Assembly (NCBI GenBank): GCA_036231525.1
Contig: JAZAGZ010000123.1
Location: 1 to 58,150 of the forward strand
Direction: 5' to 3'
DNA length: 58,150 nt
From: Pseudomonadota bacterium
GTDB taxonomy: Bacteria > Pseudomonadota > Gammaproteobacteria > Steroidobacterales > Rariloculaceae
Under the pieces are notes generated by a model, which saw nothing but the letters and a program-made list of their open reading frames with translations, was not told the DNA's origin and made no database searches. Within the stretch, counting starts at the first letter, position 1. Each line of letters opens with the position of its first letter. Positions 1-10,034 of this stretch are shown here, one piece after another. The position numbers and the translations under genes are program-made.

Positions 1-649
1 ATACCATCTGGTGACCCGGGGTATGACCGGGGGCTCTGATGAGCACCATTCCGGGCGCTACAGGTAGTAGTTCATCGTAATCCACTACGATGTAATCTTG
101 GACTAGTTCTTCGGTGAGCTGAATCTCGGGGAGCTGGGGCGACTTGATCAAAGTGATTACTTGCGTGCGCGTCAATATGGTTTTCTGCGCGATCTCTGCG
201 CGATGAGAACCTCGCAATACACCTGCTACATGGTCACCGTGTTCGTGGGTAACCACAATCATATTCGCCTGCCGTAGGGCGGTCTGCACAATATCGTTTC
301 GATCCTGCCAGTAGGGCTCGTCTCGACCGAAACCATAGAATCGGTGAACAGCCTCGTCCATTCCAGCATCAATCATGATGAAGCCGTTGGGGTAAACGGC
401 CTGAAAGGCCGTGCGCGCGGAAATGAATGGTTCATCACTACCACCTTCTATAACCGCAGCATAGGTCCGGTGGCTTTCCGCGAACTTTATGAAGTTGACA
501 GATTCCGGGTGTGGGCCGGGAATGTATGTGGAAGCCTGGCGAACGCGCTGCAGCAAATCAGGCGGGTATCCGGGTTCTTGGGCGGTGACCTGTGAAACGA
601 CCGCACCTGCAAGGGCTAGTCTAAGCAAAAAGGCAGCTTTGCGTTTCAT
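1..649 (-). CDS. Secreted MBL-fold metallo-hydrolase (3' end beyond window edge)
   Basis: Not in ORF track. Manual translation from ATG at 649 gives MKRKAAFLLRLALAGAVVSQVTAQEPG (signal-peptide-like), IMIDAG, VTHEHGDHVAG (HxHxDH) and APGHTPGHQMV; frame is open to position 1. Confidence 0.88.
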   Translation of the reverse strand, partial: MKRKAAFLLRLALAGAVVSQVTAQEPGYPPDLLQRVRQASTYIPGPHPESVNFIKFAESHRTYAAVIEGGSDEPFISARTAFQAVYPNGFIMIDAGMDEAVHRFYGFGRDEPYWQDRNDIVQTALRQANMIVVTHEHGDHVAGVLRGSHRAEIAQKTILTRTQVITLIKSPQLPEIQLTEELVQDYIVVDYDELLPVAPGMVLIRAPGHTPGHQMV

Positions 650-704
650 CGTTCCGTTTGTGACAGTGGTGGGTGGTGATGCAGAATCACGCGGGTGTTT
701 TTGA

Positions 705-971
705 TTACAGAGTTTTGATCAGCGCTAAATGAGGGGCGCTGGGAATCTTATCGCTGCCAAAATTCAAGCGTTCGCTATTAGGCGGCACAAAGCTAACTAC
801 CTCTGCTCTCCGTCCCTCAACCATTATTTCTGCTGACGGATGCGCGTTCATAGCGGCAGCGTTACTACCCCCGGTAAAAGCCTTCATGAATATGATACCT
901 AGAACCAGTCCGACAAAAATGCCAACTATCAGCATGAAGCTGTCATAAAAGCGTCGATCTTGTCTATTCAA
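705..971 (-). CDS. Small membrane-anchored hypothetical protein resembling a cytochrome c5 N-terminal anchor but without CxxCH (possible remnant)
   Basis: MNRQDRRFYDSFMLIVGIFVGLVLGIIF gives one TM helix; GGGAG RBS-like sequence upstream; TTG start; no heme motif. Confidence 0.5.
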   Translation of the reverse strand: MNRQDRRFYDSFMLIVGIFVGLVLGIIFMKAFTGGSNAAAMNAHPSAEIMVEGRRAEVVSFVPPNSERLNFGSDKIPSAPHLALIKTL

Positions 972-1053
972 ACGTAGCTCCCTGTATATGCAGGCGGATC
1001 ATATCGTAATACATCGGGCCTCAAAGGGAATGGTTCACTGCGTGCTGTCTTGA

Positions 1054-1311
1054 TCAGTCCGTGGAGTTGCTTTCGAGTTCTGCCAGCCTGGTTTCCAGAG
1101 CCTCCAATTTTTCTCGTGTCCTACTCAATACGGCCATCTGTACGTCGAACTCCTCCCGGGTAACCAAATCCATTCGGCCTAGCGCTGATTGCAGAAGAGA
1201 TTTGAAATTACGTTCCATGTCTTCACCCATGGACTTTAAGTTGCCTGGCACAGAGTCAACCAGCTGTTTGGCCAACTCGTCCAGTGTGGGGCGATCGGAT
1301 TTTTCAGTCAT
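1054..1311 (-). CDS. ubiK: Ubiquinone biosynthesis accessory factor UbiK (YqiC/BMFP)
   Basis: Signature MDLVTREEFDVQ..VL.RTREKLEALE.RLAELE coiled coil; 85 aa. Confidence 0.92.
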   Translation of the reverse strand: MTEKSDRPTLDELAKQLVDSVPGNLKSMGEDMERNFKSLLQSALGRMDLVTREEFDVQMAVLSRTREKLEALETRLAELESNSTD

Positions 1312-1448
1312 TTCATTACCGCGTGGTTCTCAAAGTTTAGAATCGGTGGGGGAAACGACCCCATTAAAAGTCTCCAGAAACGGAACATGATACCCTCGGT
1401 AGGCACAGACAGGGGCTTAACATAATCTGATTCGTGCGGAGAAGAATC

Positions 1449-2267
1449 ATGAGACGATGCGGAACGAAGCCATCTAACCTGTTTATTGTCCTGCTCGTGC
1501 TCTCGCCCGTGTTGGCGCAGGAGTCGGGGTATGATCCGCGTGACCTGTCTGGTGTGTGGTATGCGGGTACTGACTACCAGGGGGATGCTACTGAGCCGGG
1601 CGCTACAATTGCTTTCGGACCAGACATGCCACTCGTTACGTCCGAGGGGCTCCAGCGTTACAGGCAGAACATCCCTACGGTGACGACCGACTCGCGCGTA
1701 CCAGCCGTGGATGATCCTGCACTTTCGAACGATCCGAGTTTCACCTGCAATCCGCGCGGATTCCCTCGCACGATGTACGACAATGTTGTTCGAATGTTCG
1801 AGATCATTCATTTAGAGGATCGTGTGCTGAAGCTTCTGCAGCGGGAGCGGACGTTACGGGAGTTCTGGATGGACGGGCGCGAGATTCCATCCACAGAGAA
1901 CATGGATAACATCGGGCCGTCGTGGTACGGGCACTCGGTTGCCGAGTGGCAGGGTGACGAGCTCGTGGTCAATACTGTCGGCTTGGATGACCGCGCCTGG
2001 TTGGACACGACGGGTCACGTGAAGAGTTTTGAGGCGCGGATAGAGGAGCGATTCAGAAGAATCGATGCCGATACGCTCGAGGTCCGGATGATGCTCTATG
2101 ACCCGACGTACTACACTGAGCCCTGGGCAGCGCGCCCGCTCGTGTTCACACGGGAGCCGCGGGAGAGGCTCACTTATTTCGGCTGGTACGGGATATTTTC
2201 CGGAATTTCGGATCTAATGTGTGCACCGATGAATTTCCAAGAGCTGCGCAGGGAAGGTGCCTATTAA
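1449..2267 (+). CDS. Uncharacterised secreted protein
   Basis: ATG 1449 after GGAG; signal peptide ending VLA-QE; motifs DLSGVW, DP..TC.P.G.PR, WYGHSVAEWQGDELVVNT, IEERFRR. Confidence 0.75.
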   Translation: MRRCGTKPSNLFIVLLVLSPVLAQESGYDPRDLSGVWYAGTDYQGDATEPGATIAFGPDMPLVTSEGLQRYRQNIPTVTTDSRVPAVDDPALSNDPSFTCNPRGFPRTMYDNVVRMFEIIHLEDRVLKLLQRERTLREFWMDGREIPSTENMDNIGPSWYGHSVAEWQGDELVVNTVGLDDRAWLDTTGHVKSFEARIEERFRRIDADTLEVRMMLYDPTYYTEPWAARPLVFTREPRERLTYFGWYGIFSGISDLMCAPMNFQELRREGAY

Positions 2268-3375
2268 TTCCGCCGACACGAGAGACGGTGCTGCGGATGA
2301 GCCGAAGGGTTCTGACATAGTGTCTGCTAGCGAGACATCTGGGCCACAAAGGATGGGCAAAGGACTCTATATAGTCAGTTTTTTCGCGTTGGTGGTTGCC
2401 TTTTTAGCCGCGTCAGCGTCGGGATTTCTCTGGTGGCAATACCGCCAGTTCCACGTCGCCCTGGATCAGGCCGATTCTGATTCCGTAGTTTCCATTCAGG
2501 ATGTCCGGGCCAGCATCCTAAGCCTTGCCGACTCCCTAGGGGACAGGGTAGAGACTCTCCAGGAATCCGATGAACTCGCGCTTGATGTTGCGAGAGACAT
2601 GAACAGACGCTTAGAGGAGCTGCCCGAGCGACTCCGTTTGCTGGAGGAGCGAGTCAACGTCGTACAAGGAACATCTGCCGATGCTAAACGCCGATGGTTG
2701 CGAGCGGAGGCGGAGTACTATTTATCGGTTGCCAACACAGAACTGACCTTGGGGGGTCGTTGGCAAAACGCAATTGATGCTCTGGAATTTGCCGACGGCA
2801 AATTACTCGAGTTGGGAAGCCCATCTTTCAGTGGAGTGCGTCAGCTGATCTACGAGGAATTGCAGGCACTTCGTGGCGCGCAGTTGCCTGACGTAGAAGG
2901 CTTGAGTTACAGCCTCGCACGACTTGCTGACGGAGTTGAATCGTTGCCGCTTGGTGCTGTTGTGCCGACGAGCTCCGTAACCGATGAAGAGATACTTGAG
3001 AATGCTGAGCCCGGGTTGAACAGAATCTGGCTGAGTCTGAAACAGTCCATCACAGGAATGATTAGTGTTGAACGTGGTGATGGTTCATTGTATCGAGCGC
3101 TTACAGTAGAGGAGCAGGTGCTGGTGCGCAGCCGGCTCGAATTGGAGTTCGAAATGGCAAGGCTGGGTCTGCTGCAAGGTCAGGCAGAAGTCTTCCAGGT
3201 AAGTTTAAATGCGGCTAGGACATTGCTGATCAGGGAGTTCGAAAGATCCAGTCCCGCGGTTGAAAGTGCAACGATGCTTATCGAAGAACTGTTGCGTTTG
3301 GAAATCGATCCTGCCCGCCCCGACATCAGCGGCTCTCTTGATCTTTTGCGCAGTCTTTCGGATAGAGAAGGCTGA
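2257..3375 (+). CDS. hemX: HemX family protein
   Basis: N-terminal TM helix, coiled coil, WLRAEAEYYLSVAN motif; coupled to hemY by a TGATG overlap. Confidence 0.88.
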   Translation: MPINSADTRDGAADEPKGSDIVSASETSGPQRMGKGLYIVSFFALVVAFLAASASGFLWWQYRQFHVALDQADSDSVVSIQDVRASILSLADSLGDRVETLQESDELALDVARDMNRRLEELPERLRLLEERVNVVQGTSADAKRRWLRAEAEYYLSVANTELTLGGRWQNAIDALEFADGKLLELGSPSFSGVRQLIYEELQALRGAQLPDVEGLSYSLARLADGVESLPLGAVVPTSSVTDEEILENAEPGLNRIWLSLKQSITGMISVERGDGSLYRALTVEEQVLVRSRLELEFEMARLGLLQGQAEVFQVSLNAARTLLIREFERSSPAVESATMLIEELLRLEIDPARPDISGSLDLLRSLSDREG

Positions 3376-4661
3376 TGCGTGTTGGACTATGGGGTCTAAC
3401 GGCCGTATTTCTCGGTGCGCTTACCGCACACTTCCTGCTACAAGATCGTGGCTATGTAATGATCAACTTTCTGGGGTACGTCGTTGAGATGTCCGTCCCA
3501 GCATTATTGTTTGCGCTGGCGGCGGCATACGCGGGTGTTCGAACGTTAGTCGCGTTGTGGCGCGCCCCCCGCCGGTTAGGGAAAGCTGTCGCTGAACGAC
3601 GCGTTAGACGAGCCGGTGAGAAGTTAACCCAAGGGCTGATTCATATTGCTGAGGGTGATTGGTCAAAGGGTGAACGTCTTTTGGCGCAGAGCCTCAGAGG
3701 CACGGATGCGCCGCTGATTAACTATCTCATGGCAGCTCGAGCTGCTCAGCTGCAGGGCTCCGATGGACGTCGGGATGATTGGTTAAAACTGGCATACGAA
3801 GAAATGCCTGAGGCGGAAATCGCCGTCCTCTTAACACAAGCTGAGTTGCAACTGGAGCATGAAGAGTTTGAACGGGCTTTGGCCACGTTGAGTCGGATCC
3901 AAGAGGTCCACACGAATCACCCTGTAGCACTTGCTCTGCTCGCCAAGATCTATCAGGCGCTGGAGGACTGGGATCATCTCATTGCATTGCTGCCCCAGCT
4001 TGGGGATGCACGGCTGGATGCCAGTGAACTAGAGGGGTTATCTGCCTCGGCACTGGAGGTTTACTCGGCCCGGTCTGGCATTACCCATGATGATTTAGAG
4101 CATGTCTGGGCCCAATTACCGCCACCATTGCGCAAGGCGCCGCGACTAATTGCCCTCCATGCAATGGCGTTGAACACACTCGGTCGCGGTGCTGAGGCAG
4201 AGAAGGAAGTACGAGGTGCGCTAAAAAGAAAGTGGGATGAGAACCTGGTTCTCGCCTATGGACGTATTCGAGGAGGTGGCACGGAAAAACAGTTGCGTCG
4301 AACAGAGGAGTGGCTCAAGGTCCACGCTGAAGACGGCGCACTATTGCTTACGGCAGCAAGACTGTGCATGGGATTAGAGCTTTGGGGCAAGGCCCGTAGT
4401 TATCTCGAATCCAGTCTTTCCATGTTCCCTAGAGCAGATGCATATGCTTTGTATGGTCGCCTTCTCCACCATTTCGGTGAAGACGATAACGCTGCACTGG
4501 CATTTCAGTCTGGTCTGGGGTTGGTGACGAGCGCTGCCGAAGAACTGCCCGCGCTGGATGTGCCGGAGGCCCTTGTTGGGAGGGACGAGAGCAAAGCTTC
4601 CGGGAAGCCGCTGGAGCCGTCTACCGAGGTCGAGAGCGCCGCGAATTCAACCACCCAATAA
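3375..4661 (+). CDS. hemY: HemY N-terminal domain / TPR protein
   Basis: DRGYVMI..LGYVVEMS, EGDW..GE..L, NYL.AARAAQ, LWGKARSYLE motifs; follows hemX. Confidence 0.92.
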   Translation: MRVGLWGLTAVFLGALTAHFLLQDRGYVMINFLGYVVEMSVPALLFALAAAYAGVRTLVALWRAPRRLGKAVAERRVRRAGEKLTQGLIHIAEGDWSKGERLLAQSLRGTDAPLINYLMAARAAQLQGSDGRRDDWLKLAYEEMPEAEIAVLLTQAELQLEHEEFERALATLSRIQEVHTNHPVALALLAKIYQALEDWDHLIALLPQLGDARLDASELEGLSASALEVYSARSGITHDDLEHVWAQLPPPLRKAPRLIALHAMALNTLGRGAEAEKEVRGALKRKWDENLVLAYGRIRGGGTEKQLRRTEEWLKVHAEDGALLLTAARLCMGLELWGKARSYLESSLSMFPRADAYALYGRLLHHFGEDDNAALAFQSGLGLVTSAAEELPALDVPEALVGRDESKASGKPLEPSTEVESAANSTTQ

Positions 4662-5262
4662 GCGGATCCCATTGCTCCCAGTCCGGCCATGCCAGGTAGG
4701 GGGGTAGCTCGTGAATACCTAAGCCTCGCTGGTAAGCACGAATGTAGTTTTGTGCTTCCCGAAGTATTGCGATGTAAGGAACCTTTAGGTGCTCAAGGTA
4801 GGCATCCAATTCTTCGAAAATCAAGGTATTTTCCTTTACTCGACTAGCTATCGCGGCAACCCTGGCCTTTTTATTTGCTATTTTGCCTTTCTTCAGCAGT
4901 TCGGCAATGAACTCGGCGCCGGCTTTCATATCAATCGGTGAAGGCAAGACAGGCACAATAATCGTTTCGGCATGATTCACTAGCGCCGTGAGTTCCGGGC
5001 CATGAGACCGAGCAGGTGCGTCGATAATCAAATATTCTGTGCTGCGGGGCATATGACGTAGACCGTCATCAAAGGCCGCTAATCCCGTGATCGGAGCTTT
5101 GTCCTCGGGGCGTTCGTCGAGCCAGCTAAGCGCAGAAGCCTGGGGGTCATAATCTGCCAGAGTGGTTTCATATCCTTCTGAGGCGTAATAGGCGGCGAGA
5201 TTGGTTGCGATAGTACTCTTGCCGCATCCGCCTTTGGCGTTAGTTACTAAGATGTGTCTCAT
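4621..5262 (-). CDS. Orphan ParA/MinD family ATPase
   Basis: Deviant Walker A NAKGGCGKST, DYDPQAS, IIDAP, PVLPSPID; start refined to ATG 5262. Confidence 0.88.
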   Translation of the reverse strand: MRHILVTNAKGGCGKSTIATNLAAYYASEGYETTLADYDPQASALSWLDERPEDKAPITGLAAFDDGLRHMPRSTEYLIIDAPARSHGPELTALVNHAETIIVPVLPSPIDMKAGAEFIAELLKKGKIANKKARVAAIASRVKENTLIFEELDAYLEHLKVPYIAILREAQNYIRAYQRGLGIHELPPYLAWPDWEQWDPLIGWLNSRRSRPR

Positions 5263-5342
5263 CGATTCTCCCAAGGTGCGTGCCTAGGCTATTATTTTTC
5301 GAAGGGAAGCTGCAGTTGCGCGCACCATTAAAGTAGCCAGGC

Positions 5343-6896
5343 TTATGACAAATGTCCATTCCCTGGTGACGACGAGTTAATACCAAGCTGATCCCATAAC
5401 TCGTCTACGCGAGCGATAATTTTCGCATTCATCTCTATGGGAGTCCCCCAGCGGCGCTCGGTCTCGCCCGGCCACTTATTGGTAGCATCGAATCCCATCT
5501 TTCCTCCCAAACCGGCAACCGGGGACGCGAAATCTAGGTAGTCTATCGGCGTGGATTCTACCAGTTGAGTATCTCGTGCCGGGTCCATTCGTGTGCTTAT
5601 CGCCCAAATAACATCTGTCCAGTTGCGGGGGTTAATATCGTCGTCGACGACAATAACTAGCTTCGTATAGAGGAACTGGCGCAGGAAAGACCAAATACCA
5701 AACATGATGCGCCGGGCGTGGCCAGGATATTGTTTTCGGATGCTGACGACTGCTATGCGATAAGAGCAGGCTTCGCTGGGCAGGTAGAAATCCACGATCT
5801 CTGGGAACTGGGTTTTCAGTATGGGGACGAAAACATCGTTCAACGCCAAACCCAACACAGCAGGTTCATCTGGTGGTCGTCCGGTATATGTAGTGTGATA
5901 AATAGGGTTGTGGCGGTGAGTGATCCGTTCAATGGTCATTACTGGAAAACGCTCGACCTCATTGTAATAGCCGGTGTGATCTCCAAACGGGCCTTCGTCC
6001 GCCGTGTCCTCCGGTGCGATAAAGCCTTCAAGCGTTATTTCTGCGTTAGCCGGTACTTTCAGATCTGATCCAAGACAAGTCGTGAGCGTCGTCCGCGCTC
6101 CCCGTATGAGGCCAGCAAACGCGTATTCAGATAGCGTATCCGGGATCGGCGTAACAGCAGCTAACAAAGTTGCGGGGTCGGCACCTATACTGACTGCTAC
6201 TGGGAAGGGTTCTTCCGGGGTTGCTTGGCGCCACGCTGCAAAGTCGGTGGCGCCGCCACGATGTGAAAGCCACCGCATGATGACTCTGTTCCTGCCAATT
6301 ACCTGCTGACGGTAGACCCCAAGATTCTGTCGTGAATTCACCGCCTCCCGTCCAGGCCTTAGGGTGGTTGTTAGCCCCCAGGTGATCAGAGGGCCAGCAT
6401 CTCCTGGCCAACAGGTTTGAATAGGCCATGCCGTCAGATCCACATCCTGCCCCTCAAGTACAATCTCCTGACAGGGGCCGTTTTTGGTGAGGCGAGGAGC
6501 CATATTTAGGATTTCTTTGACCAGTGGCAGTTTTTGCCACGCATCCCCTAGTCCACGTGGTGGTTCCGGGGCTCTCAGCGAGGCGAGCAGTTGGCCGAGT
6601 TCCTCAAATACGTTAGTCGACTCGGCACCCAGGGCAGCGGCAATTCTCTGTTGTGTGCCGAATAGGTTCGCCAATATTGGGATCTTGGCATCGGTCGGTT
6701 GCGTAAACAAAAGGGCAGGGCCGCCTTGTTCGAGAGTCCGGCGACATACTTCGGTAAGCTCTAGGTTGGGGTCCACCGGTACATCGATGCGCTTAAGCTC
6801 CCCATGTGCTTCGAGTTCGGAGAGAAAAGTTCTCAGGTCGTCGAAGTGAGCTTTGGGTTTGGGGCCGGGTGAATCCACTATAATCCTCTCGCTCAA
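5343..6896 (-). CDS. ubiD: 4-hydroxy-3-polyprenylbenzoate decarboxylase UbiD
   Basis: [35 protein letters not shown] and [10 protein letters not shown] motifs. Confidence 0.96.
   Translation of the reverse strand: MSERIIVDSPGPKPKAHFDDLRTFLSELEAHGELKRIDVPVDPNLELTEVCRRTLEQGGPALLFTQPTDAKIPILANLFGTQQRIAAALGAESTNVFEELGQLLASLRAPEPPRGLGDAWQKLPLVKEILNMAPRLTKNGPCQEIVLEGQDVDLTAWPIQTCWPGDAGPLITWGLTTTLRPGREAVNSRQNLGVYRQQVIGRNRVIMRWLSHRGGATDFAAWRQATPEEPFPVAVSIGADPATLLAAVTPIPDTLSEYAFAGLIRGARTTLTTCLGSDLKVPANAEITLEGFIAPEDTADEGPFGDHTGYYNEVERFPVMTIERITHRHNPIYHTTYTGRPPDEPAVLGLALNDVFVPILKTQFPEIVDFYLPSEACSYRIAVVSIRKQYPGHARRIMFGIWSFLRQFLYTKLVIVVDDDINPRNWTDVIWAISTRMDPARDTQLVESTPIDYLDFASPVAGLGGKMGFDATNKWPGETERRWGTPIEMNAKIIARVDELWDQLGINSSSPGNGHLS
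6879..6884 (+). promoter_or_regulatory. Putative sigma70 -10 element for the dapF operon, inside the 5' end of ubiD
   Basis: Perfect TATAAT about 45 bp before the dapF ATG; only 32 bp separate the divergent starts; no convincing -35. Confidence 0.4.
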
Positions 6897-6928
6897 GGTA
6901 ACCTCCAGAGAAGGTCATTACCAGCATT

Positions 6929-7753
6929 ATGGAACTGGAATTCACAAAGATGCACAGTACCGGCAACGACTTTATGATCGTTCGCTGGCCCGAAGGCGTC
7001 GATTTACCGGACGGCAATGTCATCCGTGGCTGGGCAGATAGATGCAGGGGAGTCGGGTTCGACCAGTTGCTGGTTCTGGGAACATCAGAAAAGGCTGAGC
7101 TAGCGGCGTTCTATCGGGTATTTAACGCTGACGGTTTGGAAGTTGAACAATGCGGAAACGGAGCCCGTTGTGTAGCCCGATACCTGATAGGGGATGAAGA
7201 AAGTGCCACCTTGACCCTGGGAAGCTTGGCGGGGAACGTAGAGGCAAGGATACAGCCCAACGGAGATGTGACGGTTAATCTCGGTGAACCCGATTATGAT
7301 CCCCGAACCGTGCCATTACGGGCCACTTCGGAGTCCGGTCGTTATCAGCTAGATCTGGAAAATGGGGGTGTGGAATTCGGTGCGGTTTCCATAGGAAATC
7401 CCCATGCTGTCATCCGGGTGGATTCGGTCGACATAGCTCCGGTCGGTATACTGGGATCCGAGCTTCAGAATCACTCGTTATTCCCGGAGGGGGTGAACGT
7501 TGGTTTCCTCGAGGTGCGGGATGAGGCACATGTGCGGCTGCGCGTTTTGGAACGTGGGGCTGGAGAAACACAGTCTTGCGGGACGGGAGCCGCCGCCGCT
7601 GTTGCTGTTGGCAGGCTTTGGGGCCTGGTAGGGGATCATGTGCAGGTGGAGCTGACCGGCGGCACATTAATTGTAAAGTGGTTAGGGCCGGGACATTCAT
7701 TATGGTTGTCCGGGCCGGCGATTAGGGTATTCGATGGACGAATAGAGCTATGA
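6929..7753 (+). CDS. dapF: Diaminopimelate epimerase
   Basis: FTKMH..GNDF, EQCGNGARC, GNPHAV, ERGAGETQSCGTG. Confidence 0.97.
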   Translation: MELEFTKMHSTGNDFMIVRWPEGVDLPDGNVIRGWADRCRGVGFDQLLVLGTSEKAELAAFYRVFNADGLEVEQCGNGARCVARYLIGDEESATLTLGSLAGNVEARIQPNGDVTVNLGEPDYDPRTVPLRATSESGRYQLDLENGGVEFGAVSIGNPHAVIRVDSVDIAPVGILGSELQNHSLFPEGVNVGFLEVRDEAHVRLRVLERGAGETQSCGTGAAAAVAVGRLWGLVGDHVQVELTGGTLIVKWLGPGHSLWLSGPAIRVFDGRIEL

Positions 7754-8496
7754 GCCAGCATAAGGACGAGGCAGTTATCGAAGAAGCATTCTCAGAGGAG
7801 GAGATCGCGGAGTATCTTCACAGGCACCCGAACTTTTTCGAGCGGCGCCCTGATCTTCTGATGGGGCTTAAATTAACCCACCAACCTGGGAGTGCTGCTG
7901 TATCACTGGTCGAGCGACAGGTTGTTATCCTTCGCCAGCGCAATGACGAACTTGAGCGGCAGCTCAAGGATTTTGTAGCGATTGCCAAAGATAACCATGC
8001 ACTTATAGAAAAGATTCATCAGCTCGCGGTTACACTCATGGAACCTAGGAGTGGGGCAGAACGAGTAGAGATCCTTGAGACCAGCCTAAAGGAAGACTTT
8101 CTGGCAGAGCGGGTCGTGTTAGTTTTGTTTTCTTCGCCTTTGGACCCGCCACTTTCGGATGGAGGGTTTGTAAAAATTGTTGATCGCAATGATGCTGGGC
8201 TCAAACCGTTTGCGAGTTTTCTTAAGTCTGGTCAGCCTCGATGTGGATTGCTTCGCGATCGTCAGAAAGCTTTTGCTTTCGCGGACAATGAGGCTGAGAT
8301 CAATTCAGCTGCGTTTGTCCCCCTCGGAGAAAACGTGGAGCTCGGTTTTCTTATAATCGGAAGCCAAGACCCGGACTACTTTCACCCTGGGAAGGCCATG
8401 GATTTTTTGAGTCGGTTGGGCGAGCTAGTCACAGTGGCTCTAGTAGGTGAATCAGCTATACAAGCAACGAGCAGACCGAATGCCGCTGGACCTTAA
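7750..8496 (+). CDS. DUF484 (YigA) family protein
   Basis: YL.RHP.FF and AVSLVERQV..LR motifs; conserved position between dapF and xerC. Confidence 0.9.
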   Translation: MSQHKDEAVIEEAFSEEEIAEYLHRHPNFFERRPDLLMGLKLTHQPGSAAVSLVERQVVILRQRNDELERQLKDFVAIAKDNHALIEKIHQLAVTLMEPRSGAERVEILETSLKEDFLAERVVLVLFSSPLDPPLSDGGFVKIVDRNDAGLKPFASFLKSGQPRCGLLRDRQKAFAFADNEAEINSAAFVPLGENVELGFLIIGSQDPDYFHPGKAMDFLSRLGELVTVALVGESAIQATSRPNAAGP

Positions 8497-9409
8497 ACCA
8501 CATATCGAAGTGTTTGTATGGCACCTGGAGAAGGAGCGGCGGCTCTCACCGCACACTGTTAACGCTTATCGGCGGGATCTGCGCTTATTAACAAATTTCT
8601 GCGAACAAACATCGCTGGGGATTGAGTCATTAGATTCTTATGCAGTGCGCCAGTTTGCTGCGGAATGTCATCGGCGGGGGTCCAGTCCCAGAAGCATTGC
8701 CCGCCGACTATCTGCCATACGGGGCTTTCTAGCATTTATGGTTCGAAAGGGAATCATTAAATCTAACCCGGCCTCTGACGTGCAGGCCCCTAAACCGTCT
8801 CGACGGCTACCGGCAACACTGGATGCAGACCAAGTTGCAAGTTTGCTCGCGCTTGCGGGGGAAGACGACTTAACAGTGAGGGATCGTGCGATGCTTGAGC
8901 TGTTTTATTCGTCCGGGCTGAGACTTGCCGAGCTCGTTGGAGTTGACTTAAGTGATCTCGATTTCCCGGACCGGACTGTCCGCGTGACGGGTAAGGGTAA
9001 TAAAGTCCGAATCGTACCTGTAGGGCGGTACGCTTTGGAGGCGCTGGAAACATGGATTGTGGTTCGGGTGACGATAGCAAAACCCCAGGAAGTTGCGCTA
9101 TTTGTCAGTCGAAGGGGTACGCGGCTTGCCCCCAGGACTGTCCAATCCCGACTGAAGCGGTGGGCTCAGCAACAGGGCGCTCCGGCAGGTGTTCATCCGC
9201 ATATGCTTAGGCACTCTTTCGCCAGTCACATATTGGAATCCAGCGGTAATCTACGAGCAGTACAAGAACTACTAGGACACGCCAGCATCTCCACAACCCA
9301 GGTTTATACGCATCTTGATTTTCAGCATCTCGCCCAGATATACGATGAGGCTCATCCGCGGGCTCAACGACGGGATGACGAGGGGACGGCAGAAGACCAT
9401 CAGGACTAA
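8480..9409 (+). CDS. xerC: Tyrosine recombinase XerC
   Basis: RDRAMLELFYSSGLRLAEL, HPHMLRHSFASH, LLGHASISTTQVYT; dapF-yigA-xerC synteny; start refined to ATG 8480. Confidence 0.95.
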   Translation: MPLDLKPHIEVFVWHLEKERRLSPHTVNAYRRDLRLLTNFCEQTSLGIESLDSYAVRQFAAECHRRGSSPRSIARRLSAIRGFLAFMVRKGIIKSNPASDVQAPKPSRRLPATLDADQVASLLALAGEDDLTVRDRAMLELFYSSGLRLAELVGVDLSDLDFPDRTVRVTGKGNKVRIVPVGRYALEALETWIVVRVTIAKPQEVALFVSRRGTRLAPRTVQSRLKRWAQQQGAPAGVHPHMLRHSFASHILESSGNLRAVQELLGHASISTTQVYTHLDFQHLAQIYDEAHPRAQRRDDEGTAEDHQD

Positions 9410-9463
9410 TCAGGTGGACAACCCCCATCCTTAGTGTTTTGTTGCGAGAGGCGCCCCAAAAAT

Positions 9464-9994
9464 ATGGCTAGTTTCCACGGTACAACTATTATTTGTGTTC
9501 GGCGCAATGGGCGAGTAGCCATCGGCGGTGACGGGCAGGTTACCCTGGATAATAAGGTGATGAAGGGGAATGCTCGTAAGGTTCGTCGCTTGCACGATGG
9601 AAAAGTTTTAGCAGGTTTTGCTGGGGGTACCGCTGACGCTTTTACTCTGTTCGAATATTTTGAGAAGAAACTTGATCAGTATGGAAATCTTACCCGTGCT
9701 GCCATAGAACTTGCCAAAGATTGGCGAACTGATCGGATGTTGCGACGTCTAGAGGCGCTTCTTGTTGTTGCCGATGAATCACAGTCATTACTGATTTCTG
9801 GAACCGGGGATGTAATTGAGCCGGAACACGACATTTTGGCGATAGGCTCCGGTGGTGCCTACTGTCAAGCAGCAGCGCGTGCGTTATTAGACAATACCGA
9901 ATTAGATGCGCGTGGCATTGTTGAAAAATCACTCTCCATTGCGGGGGATATCTGTGTCTACACTAACAACGAGATCACAATAGAAGAGCTGTAG
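9464..9994 (+). CDS. hslV: ATP-dependent protease peptidase subunit HslV
   Basis: FHGTTII (catalytic Thr), [24 protein letters not shown]; start refined to ATG 9464. Confidence 0.97.
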   Translation: MASFHGTTIICVRRNGRVAIGGDGQVTLDNKVMKGNARKVRRLHDGKVLAGFAGGTADAFTLFEYFEKKLDQYGNLTRAAIELAKDWRTDRMLRRLEALLVVADESQSLLISGTGDVIEPEHDILAIGSGGAYCQAAARALLDNTELDARGIVEKSLSIAGDICVYTNNEITIEEL

Positions 9995-10034
9995 TGAATT
10001 TTGCTGCCAGCTGCTAGAACGACGAGCGTACCCC

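Noticed and set aside
655-690. Minus-strand CITTHHCH as a frameshifted heme motif of the c5-like ORF
   Set aside because: Spacing is not CxxCH and it follows stop codons; likely chance.
344-704. Plus-strand ORFs 344-595 and 489-704
   Set aside because: Antisense shadows of the minus-strand MBL hydrolase gene.
8480-9409. Tyrosine recombinase as a phage or island integrase
   Set aside because: It is in the conserved dapF-DUF484-xerC-hslVU context, with no tRNA, att site or cargo genes; it is housekeeping XerC.
9403-9430. Sigma32 promoter for hslVU
   Set aside because: A CCCCAT -10 is present at 9423-9428, but there is no CTTGAA-like -35 at the right spacing; not enough support.
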